DNA from: Lama glama
Taxonomy: Eukaryota
DNA length: 64,000 nt
Reading direction: 5' to 3'
Assembly: GCA_028534125.1 (NCBI GenBank)
Contig: CM052817.1
Coordinates: 57,476,001 to 57,540,000, forward strand
Made by a program: the position numbers and the translations under genes. Position 1 is the first letter of the stretch; each line of letters begins with the position of its first letter. Below the pieces are notes generated by a model. The model made no database searches. It had not been told where the DNA came from and worked only from the letters and a program-made list of their open reading frames with translations. Below, one piece after another: positions 41,718 to 51,849 of the stretch.

Positions 41718-41840
41718 GGGGGGGGAAGTATAGCTGAAATGGTAGAGCGCATGCTTAGTGTGCATGAGGTCCTGTGTTCAGTCCCCATGTACCTTCTCTA
41801 AAAATAAATAAGTAAACACTACCTCCCCACAAAATTAAAA
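41718..41840 (+). mobile_element. tRNA-Ala-derived SINE monomer
   Basis: gggggaagtatagctgaaatggtagagcgcatgcttag...gttcagtcccc. Flanked by near-identical aaaaaattattct (41705) and aaaaaatttattct (41841). Confidence 0.88.
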
Positions 41841-42970
41841 AAAAAATTTATTCTAATATTCACAAAGACTCTCAAACCATAACATGTTTCAAATGAGCCA
41901 ACTATTATAATACTGCCTCCATAATAACCATCAAATATTTGGTGAAAGAAAATTTTTTTTTTGCTGAAAAATATTTTTCTATCTTAAAAATAGTAGTCAA
42001 TGGTGGAACTTGGCAAGTTGTTAATTTCCCTTAGCAAACATCCATTGTGCTCATAATGGGAAAATATTCAAAATGAACTCCTATGCTAGCAGGGTGGGAG
42101 AACTATCCAGTGTGATACCTACAAAGATATCATAATGGCAAACACAAACTGGATATATTTCTCCCACTACAAAATACTTCAGCCAGAATGAAATGGTAGC
42201 ATATCTGCTGGGAATTGTGGATCATGTCAGGATCTCTAGGACTACCCAAGGGTCAAAATGAAATAATTATTCATTCAAGATCACCTATGCTAATACTGAC
42301 TTTTTAACCTTGCCGCCTACATACCTTGACAATGGGGCTCAATTCTGGTTGGTGATGATCATGACTATTTCAGTCACTGGAGTAGATGAATTTCCCACTT
42401 GTTACAGTCCTGCATTTTATCTATTTTAAGTTAATAAACTGGGATCCTGGATTATCTATCATTCTTTAAAGTCTGGCTTTCGTGAATCAGTCCTCAGAAG
42501 CCCTATCAATTCTCAAGGGAACAAACCTAAATTTCAGGACCTGAGGAGCTAAGAAGGAACCCCTGAAACCCAGCAACCCCACACTAAAACTTGGTTTTGT
42601 ACTGTGTGGTGGGGGTGGAACAGTCGGGTAGGGGAGTATAAGACGGTAGGAGTTACTCAGAAAAGATAAACCGTGGTCAGTTTCTCTTAGTCATGGAAAT
42701 TGCTGAAGATCTGATGACAATTAAAAACTCTCCTCCCAGAAAAAACGCACATACACATTTATATTCAGTTTTAGAGGTTCCACCTATGGACTCCATGCTT
42801 AAGAATCTCCATTTAAATACAGCACTACATTAGTAGAACATTAATTTTTAACTCCAATTTCAAAATTATATTACAAATAAACCATTAATAAGCTCCCAGC
42901 TCCAAATCTAGAACTTTCTTATGATGGTAGCTTACTAAAAAATGATAGAAAAGTTCCATTTCTTACCAAC

Positions 42971-43054
42971 CTGAATGAGTACGCATATGTCTCGTTAGAT
43001 GAGTCTTCTGGGAACTAGAGTAAGGACAAAGTTCACATTTATATGGGCGTTCTC
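42971..43054 (-). CDS. REST: REST second coding exon (exon 3; zinc finger 5)
   Basis: tttttacag|(G)[27 protein letters not shown]|gttggt. 84 nt, phase 1 at both ends. Confidence 0.97.
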
Positions 43055-43137
43055 CTGTAAAAATATAATGATTAGTATTCATATATCATATGCCAGTGAT
43101 TTTTGGCAAAAATGTCATCTTTTAAAGTAGGATTTGT

Positions 43138-43582
43138 AAAATATGAAAACTGATATATGTATGTATATGCATGACTGGGACATTGTGCTATACATCAGAG
43201 ACTGACATTGTAATTGACTGTACTCCAATAAAATCAATCAACCAACCAACCAATCAGTTAAGGAGGGGAAAAAAAAAGTAGGATTTGTGAGACACAGATA
43301 ACTAACTTATGGTTACCACAGGGGAAGGGGGTGGGAATGGATAAATTGGGAGTTCAGGATTTGCAGATACTACTATATATAAAATAAACAAACAAGTGTA
43401 TACTGTATAGCACAGGGAACTATATTCAATATCTTGTAGTAACCTATAATGAAAAAGAACATGAAAACGAATATATGTACATATATGCATGACTGAAACA
43501 CTATACTGTACACCAGAAATTAACACAACATTGCAAACTAACTGTACTCCAATTTAAAAAAAAGAATGCAAGGAAAAAAAAT
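43138..43582 (+). mobile_element. Two consecutive 5'-truncated L1 3' ends
   Basis: Two L1 3'-UTR tails (43138-43274 and 43291-43582), both ending ...ctgtactccaat plus an A-rich tail, separated by copies of aaagtaggatttgt. Confidence 0.85.
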
Positions 43583-45850
43583 AAGTTCGATTTGTGAACT
43601 GGTATAATATCAAAACAACAAAATGAAAAATCTTTTGATTGAAGACTCAAATGAAAATCTTCACTCTCCCACCATGATAATGACCTATAAAAAGTGATTT
43701 GGAACTTTCAATCTTAGTTGTATGTGATCTTGGGCACACTGTTGCAGGCCTTCAAGCCTAAAGTTTCCCTCGCAGTGAACACTTATCCTGTTTTCCTCAA
43801 TAAATTATAAATTATTCTGAAGATTAGCATAGAAGAAAGCACTTAACAGCACTTGATAAAAGAACAGAAGAAATCCACTAAGCAAATCTTACAGTAGGCT
43901 ACCACCTAAGTGAGAAATGAGAAACATGTGATTGCTACTGATGATCATTTCTTTTCTCTGCTCTTCAGCACTCGGTGAATTTTTCCATAAATACAATTTT
44001 CAGAACTATCATTTAATCAAAGTACTGTCCTATACACCACCAAATTTTTTAAAGTGTTAAAAAAATCACAAATAGGTAATAATACTAGGGGGAAAACCTT
44101 TTTAGAAAGTATTAAGACCAAGTAAGTCTAAGACTAAAAAGTGAAATGACATACATACAATCATTAGATACGTAAGTCATAACCTTATTGTGGAATTATC
44201 AATCTTAAAATAATGTGGAGAAAAAGTTAACTAATGGATGATACAGTATATAAAATAAGCCATTAAAATTAGTCACCTAGACTGTACTTAGACGAAAATT
44301 AACCACTGTAACAAAAAAAATTTAAGAAATAGCAAAAATAGAGTTCCTGTTTAAAAAAAACCTTTTCCATAAAAAATTGGAACTAGACATCAAAACAGAA
44401 ACTTGCCCAGTTTTCTTTTATTTTCATTCTAGAAATGTTCTTAAATCAACAAATTTAGGTTTAGTGCTGAAAGCATTTTTAGTTTTTTGGGAAAAATTTT
44501 ACATTGTTCAGTGACTCAACACTTTTGAATTATCAAAATAGAACACCAAAAAAATTAAAATTTAATAAGACAAAGGAAATGGATGGCTGGTAATATTCTT
44601 AATGTTGATTTGCATGGTGATTACAAGCACATATATTTATAATAATTCTTCAACTATACTTCAATCAAAAAAATTCATCAAAGTGTACACATAAAAGTCA
44701 CACATCTTACCATATGTCATAGTTACTATCTGAGAGCTCTACAGATTACAGCCAATTCTAAATTAGGCCCCAAGGTTTTCAAAAACCTGTTAAGGGAATA
44801 TGAAGTACTTATGACTAAAGTATATACAGTATCCGGGATTTGATTTAAGATATTATAGGTTAGGTTAATTTAATCTAACAGTTTGCTTTAATTAATCTGT
44901 TAAATGATTAATGGTATAGGATTCCCAAGTAACTTTCATTTTTTACGCCACGTAATTTTGAACTGTTTAAACTTCTTTACTTTTGAAATAAAATGGTTTC
45001 AAGTCTAGAGACAATTCAATCACAGGTTACAGCAAATTCCAAACAGACTGCAAATGACTAGAGTTTAAAGCTTTAAATTACACAGAAGCCATCCGCTGGG
45101 GCTTAGAATCCTGTTGAAAATATCTTTCTTGTAATGGAATTTCATCTGCAAGTTTTATTGTTTATGTCTACCATTTAAATAAAGCAACATCAATTCCCCT
45201 CCTCACTATGACCCACTTAGCCTGGGGTTCAGTCCCACAGAATGATTAACTCCTGCAAAAGGGAACCTGATGTAAACAGCATCTCACAGCCCCTTTTCAC
45301 CTGTGATGCAAAAAATACACTACTACATTACCCTATCCATTTTATTCAGACCAGTAATCAAAGGTATCAATTCATAACAGGAAAATGTACCGTAAATAAG
45401 AAAATTACCTATAAATAGCTACCAATGTTTCTTTTAAATAATGAGATTCCTGAATGGTAAAGATCTGAAAGTCAATTTAAAAGGAAATAATTAAAGGCTG
45501 ATGGGAAGAAAAGGGAATGACCACTGATGGGGTTCCTTCTTGGGGTGAGGATGTCCTAAAACTGATTGGGGTGTTGGCTGCATAATTCTGTGAAAATACT
45601 AAAACAAATGCATTCCAACTTTAAATGGATGAATTCTGTCGTAGTGGAGTACACCTTAATAAAGTTATTATGTTTAAAAAAATGAATTGTCAAATGTGAC
45701 AAAATACTGATAACTTAAGTATAGGTGATGGGTACCCGTGGGCGCAGTGGGGCATTCTGTTTACTTCTGAAGTGTTTGAAATTTCTCACATTTTTAAGAT
45801 GTTCCACATTTTGAATAGAGTACACTTATAAAGGAGAAAGGTCCTCTTAC

Positions 45851-46745
45851 CTGTATGAGTTCGAACATGCTGAACATAATTGTTTTTTCTGTCTGAAAAA
45901 TAGTTGCATTTTCCACATGTGTACACTTTCCTTGGAAAATGGTTTCTCAAGTGTTTCCTCCAGTGATATTCGCTTACTGTGGTGTACGTGCAAATGATGC
46001 ACTTGTAGACTCGCTCATTATCCCCGGCTCTGGTGTGGTGTTTCAGGTGAGCGGTATAGTGATCATATCGATTGGTATTGTAGCCACAGCGGTCACAGCG
46101 GATGGGGCCCTTGGAGAAATCTCCCTCTTCTGCAGTGGAAGAGTTGGATTCCCTGGCTTTTGCTTGTTTCTCTGCACTTTCTTCCACAAAAAATTTCTTG
46201 GCACTATGAACTCGGATGTGATGCACAAACTGTTCTTCAGATTCTGCTTCATATTGGCATGGTTTACAGCGAAAAGGTTTGGTCTTCAAGTTCTTGCATT
46301 TGTCCTCTGTTACAGGTGCTTCCGGAGGAAGATTTTTATTTGAGCTGTATGTTTCTGGGGCAGTTGACACCTCAAACACAGGCTGTGGTTCCACAACACC
46401 GAGTTCCAAACTTTCCAGTTCCATGTTTTCCAGTCCATTGTGCTCGCCTTTTGCTTCAGGAGACTCCTCAAGTCCTTCTCCATCACTATCTGAAAAATTG
46501 TTATCCCCAACAGGCATCAATTCTGCCATCTGTCTTTCTTCGCCAACCAGGTAATCACAGCAACTGCCGTTTACTTCCCCAGTTAGGGCCACATTTGCCA
46601 ACATGATAAGCTGAGGCGCAGCCAGTTCTGCTCTGGAGAGATCAGGCAAGTCGTACATGTCATTAGGCAAGGCCATGCCGATGCTACCACTGCTGGGGAA
46701 CAGCCCTCCTCCTCCAGAAGATTGTCCTATTACCTGGGTGGCCAT
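45851..46745 (-). CDS. REST: REST first coding exon (exon 2; Sin3-binding repression domain, ZF1-4)
   Basis: Acceptor tgcag|AACACAGTT ATG, then MATQVIGQSSGGGGLF...APQLIMLANVALTGE and four C2H2 fingers. Donor ACAG|gtaaga. The three coding exons sum to 2901 nt, i.e. 966 aa plus stop. Confidence 0.97.
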
Positions 46746-48637
46746 AACTGTGTTCTGCATTCAAAGCAAAACAAAAAAACACAAAAGCACCACTTTAAAT
46801 ACAACTTTTACTGGTCTAAAACCAAATCATCACTGTAATTCTTTGTAACTTAAATACATTTTCAGATATAATCTTTAAACTCAATCAGCTTCATTACTGA
46901 AAATAAGCCTTTAAAATATATTTTAATTCTAAATTCTCTTTACTGCTGTCATGGAGAAAATTTCTATAACCTCTACAAAAAATTCTATCAATTGTTCAAC
47001 ACAATTCATCTACCAACTAGGTCTACTACTGGCGTGCCTTCCCTCAAACACTTTTCATTTTTCCAATGGAAAAATATAAGTAACCTTCATTATTAGTGTT
47101 AATTAAAATTATATTTTACATTCTATGCATGAATAGTAAACTGCTATCCTCTCAACTCCTCTTTCAGCAATTTCCTAGTCTGAATCAAAAAAGGGAAAAA
47201 TCCAAAAGCCATCTATGCATTTATTAAGTACAGTGAAAGCAGAAGCCTATCATCTTTGGTCAGTGAACTGAAGTTCATATGAACTCAATTAACTCCAAAA
47301 GAATAAACTACAGCTGACCCTTGAACAACAGGGTTAGGAACACCAACCACCACTGTAGTCAAAAATCCACCTGTAACTTTTGACTCCACAAAAACTAGAC
47401 TACCAATAGCCTCTTATTAACCAGAAGCCTTATGGATAACATAAACAGTCAATTAACACAAATTATGCATGTTACATGTATTATATACTAAAAAATGAAA
47501 ATGTTATTAAGAAAATCATAAGGAATAGAAATACATTTCCAGTATTGTATTTATCAATACTTCACCTTTACATTCTCTATGTACAAGATTAACAGTATCT
47601 GTCAGTACCTTTGTTAATGTATTTTGTGATACAAAATTCTGGACATGTGACATGTATTACAAACACTAGGCATCAAAAATGAAAAGATAATGTGAAGAAG
47701 GAATTCATATTTATCTCCAAATATAAATTAATGCATTGATCACAAAGCAGCAGCAATAGGATTGTTTTATGGTAGTCTACTGTAATTGATACAACTGCTG
47801 CATAGTAGTCTAGCCTATATGCAAATAAATGAATCATAAAATGTTTATGGCATTCAGTATCACAGTCATATTCATAATACAGTATTGGAAACAAAGATAA
47901 AAAATTTTAAAAACCTCATACAGGTGATGATAGCTGATACGCCATTTCTCAAATTACAAATTATAAAACAGAATATTCATATTAAATATCACTTACCTTA
48001 ATCCTACATAGAATAAAAGTCTTGCACATAATGTTCTACACAATGAATACTTAGGTAATGAGAATGAATATTCAATGATGTCTCCCACCTCTTGCCGTAC
48101 AATTACTAGATTTTCACAAGAAGACAAACACAACAAATAAGTTTATTGACTGTGTGCCAAGATCATTTACTATTCATTAAGTGTAAGCAGATCATCATAA
48201 AGGTCTTCATCCTTGTTGTCGTCAATTGAGTAGGCTGAGGGGTAGGGGGAAGAGGTTGGTCTTGCTGAGTCAGGGGTGACAGAAGTGGAAGAGGTGGAGG
48301 AAGTGGAAGGAGAGGCAGGAACTCAGTATAACTTGAGAGAAATATATTTTCAAATTTGTCTGACTTTTTTGCTTTTCCACTTATCTAAAAATGCTTCTAT
48401 ATGGTACCATTCCTTCTTCCACCACCGGCTTTAGTTTCAGTGTCTTTATCAAACAAGAGCCCATGTCTAAAAGAAATCAAAAGTAGTCTTCAATAATCAG
48501 AACCCTTCTGCCAGACTTATATCAGTCTGATGTCAACTGGTTTTCTGGCACTGCTTCTTCCATGTCTTGTTCTTCATAGTCTGGCACTGGTTTGGAAGCA
48601 CTCATCTCTAAGTCAACTTCTGTTAATTTCTCTGGTA

Positions 48638-49270
48638 TGTACAAGGGAACCCCCATAAGGCTCTCAGCTGATTTCTCTACACAAACAGTACAGGCCAGAA
48701 GGGAGTGGCAAGATATATTCAAAGTCCTGAATGAAAAAAAGATGCAGCCTAGGATACTCTATCCAGCAAGGCTATCCTTTAGAATAGAAGGAGAGATAAA
48801 GAACTTCACAGACAAGCAAAAACCTAAAAGAATTTAGCAACACTAAACCCATGCTAAAAGAAATACTGACAGGTCTACTCTAAATAGAAAAGAAGCAGGA
48901 TAATACAAAAATGAGAAACTCATAACTGGAAAGGAGATAACTGCCATGAATTACAAAAATAAAGACAAAATTGTAAAAGAAGACTCCCATTAAGAGTGGG
49001 AGAGGGAAGCAAGGAAAGCCATTGTGGAAAACAGTATGGAGATTCCTCAAAAGACTAGGAATAGACTTACCTTATGACCCAAGAATCCCACTCCTGGGCA
49101 TAAATCCAGAAGGAACCCCGCTTCAAAATGACACCTGCACTCCAATGTTCATAGCAGCACTATTTACAATAGCCAAGACTTGGAAACAGCTTAAATGTCC
49201 ATGAACAGATGACTGAGTAAAGAAGATGTGGTATATTTATATGATGGAATACTACTCAGCCATAAAAACT
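48638..49270 (+). mobile_element. L1 insertion (ORF1 C-terminus joined to ORF2 3' end), running into the gap
   Basis: YKGTPIRLSADFSTQTVQARREWQDIFKVLNEKKMQPRILYPARLSF is ORF1p-like. WKTVWRFLKRLGIDLPYDPRIPLLGI...CTPMFIAALFTIAKTWKQLKCP is the ORF2p C-terminus. Confidence 0.93.
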
Positions 49271-49370
49271 NNNNNNNNNNNNNNNNNNNNNNNNNNNNNN
49301 NNNNNNNNNNNNNNNNNNNNNNNNNNNNNNNNNNNNNNNNNNNNNNNNNNNNNNNNNNNNNNNNNNNNNN
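49271..49370. other. Assembly gap (100 N)
   Basis: Run of exactly 100 N, likely a placeholder of unknown true size. Confidence 0.99.
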
Positions 49371-51849
49371 GTGTCTACTAACTCTTAATTTTCCAAGATC
49401 TGTATCTTGAAGCCCTTCACTCCCCACCTTTTTGCCACATCCACAATCTCTTTCATGATTTCCTTGATTGTCTCTGTTATAAATCCCCTGAAGTCATGCA
49501 CAACATCAGCACACAGTTTTCTCCAACAGGAATTCATTGTTTTAAGGCTTGATGGCTTTCACAGCATTTTTTATCACAATGATGATACCTTCAATGGTGT
49601 AATTCGTACAGACTTTTATGATGTACTATTGGGGTTTGCTTCCATAGTGTTGATAAACCTTTCTATAGAGCACTATGTGTGACAACCCTTAAAAATCTTT
49701 ATGAAGCCCTGATCTAGATGCTGAAAAGATGTGTGCCACACCTTCGATGTTGAACTCATGGGGTAGGGGTGGCCAGGGGCACTGTCCAATATGAAAGAAC
49801 TTTAAAAGGCAATCCATTACTGCAAGTTATTTCATGATTGAGGACAAATCATCAATGGTACCAGTCCAGAAGACTATTTTTATTGCACAGTGCTTTCTGT
49901 TGTACAACCAAAAGACTAGAAACTAGAATATATCTTTTTCCCTTTAAGGCTAGGGGGATTAGCAATTTTATAGGTAAGGGCAGTTCTGATCAAAACCTCA
50001 ATTTGCACAAAACAGTTACCCTTAAAGCAGCCTTAAATCCGGATGCTTGCATCTCTTCCTTACTAATGAATGACCTTTGTGACAATTTTTTCTAGAATAG
50101 GGCACATTTTTCTGCATTAAAAATCTGTTTAGGCAAGACAGACTTCTAGTCAATAATTTTGTTAATGACATCTGGGAACTCAAAGCAGATTCCATTATCT
50201 TGATTTTTTTAAGGCAAAACTCTTTCTAGAATTACCAAACCACCCTCTGCTGGTATTAAATTCTCAAGATTTAGATCCTTCACTTTCCTTTCACTTTAAG
50301 TCATCATAAAATAACTTCACTTTTTTTTCTATAGGTATAATTTTCTTATAGTCATCCTAAACTCACATAAAAGATGTATTTTTTCAGAACAAGAGGGAAA
50401 AAAAGTATTTAGCAAAAAGTGCAAGGCTTTAGTGTCTCCTAGCAAAACTGCAGAGATAACTTTACAAATTTCCTTTTCTTTTTGAACAATGATCCTCATA
50501 CTGGAATCATTTATCTTGAAATGATGGGCAACCAAAACTGCAGAACTAAATCTATGGTATATATCAAACAATTCAACTTTTTCTTATTAAGTCATGACTT
50601 TTCTCTGCTTCTCAGGAGCAATTCCAGCATCACTAGTGGCACTTCCTATGGGTCCCATGGTATTATTCAAGGTATCTGGTATTGTACTAAACATGATGAA
50701 CACTCAGGTATTGCACTGGTATTGCACTCAAACAAGATGAACTGCAAGATGACTTTTCAAACACAATACACAATTTACTGGAAAGAGCAACTGCTCACAG
50801 GGAAATGACTAGACTCACAGGGTGTTTTAAGTGGATACTTGGAACACTTGAGCTCACCAAAATAGGAGGTGGCTATGAAATTATTACAGTAGTACTGCAT
50901 GGACTACAATTAATTTTATGCAGTTATGAGTTAATATTGCATCTTTACATTTGTTCACGTTTCTCTGGACTGGGAATGGTGCCATGTATAGTGTGTGTTT
51001 GTATAAGTTTTGATAAATTTTAACTTCTTATTAGATTTCTGTATATATTATGGCAGTAAATGATAAAATACACCAGTACCTACATATATTTTAGGCATTC
51101 ACGGGTACCCTTTTCTTATTTTTTTCGATATTTCTAGGCTATGTGTGTCATCTGTAAATTTTTTCAACATGCTGCAAATCTCCAAAAATTTTTCCAATAT
51201 ATTTATTGGAAAAAAAAATCCAGGTATAAGTGGACCCCAAAAGTTCAAACTCCTGTTGTTCACGGGTCCACTGTGCTTTGAAAACTTACCACTTAGTTTC
51301 TTATTTTTTTGATGACAATCTGTTTAAAAATGAAAATTATGGGCCTTTTTTCCTGTTAAAAGGCAAGTTGGTATATTCAAAACTTCACACATGTAAATAA
51401 CGAAACTTTCAAACCCTATAATAAAGTAACTGGTCAACTCATCTCCACAATCAGCAACTTTCTGCACTGTACTAGACTTGGCCCAATTGCCTAGTGGCCA
51501 TTACAAGAGCACCTTGAAAACATGTTGGACTTTTTTATAAACTGCCTTAGCCACTTTACTTTCCAATCTAAAAGATGTTATTCTCTAATTAGATCTTCTC
51601 TTGCAAATTGGAAAAAAGCAAAACAAGTGGTAAGGACTAAAAAAAATTATGTTAAACCCAAAAACGTAGTCCGTTTCACCCGACTGCATAAACTCAAGCC
51701 GGCTGAGTTGATGTACCAACAAAGTTGGAATCAAATGCCATTACACAAAGCAAAAGCTGTCCAAGGGCTTAACATAACAGCTAGTCTACTTACTCAAACA
51801 TCTACTTTCTTCTTACTCCCCAAACCCTAACTACCAACCCTAAAGGAAT

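Larger units (their letters stand above)
47311..51273 (-). mobile_element. Near full-length Tigger2-family (TcMar) DNA transposon fossil in REST intron 1, interrupted by L1
   Basis: TIRs ta|cagctgacccttgaacaaca (47311) and tgttgttcacgggtccactg (ends 51273). Decayed transposase starts at 50658 on the minus strand (MGPIGSATSDAGIAPEKQRKVMT**EKVEL...HFKINDSSMRIIVQKEKEI). Confidence 0.85.

Noticed and set aside
43964..43980. RE1 left half TTCAGCAC in REST intron 2
   Set aside because: There is no right half-site nearby, and an 8-mer match is expected by chance in 64 kb.
49191..49427. ORFs spanning the N run
   Set aside because: Artefacts of the assembly gap.
50329..50658. Possible TIGD-like domesticated transposase gene
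   Set aside because: In-frame stops and frameshifts, an L1 interruption and retained TIRs indicate a fossil.
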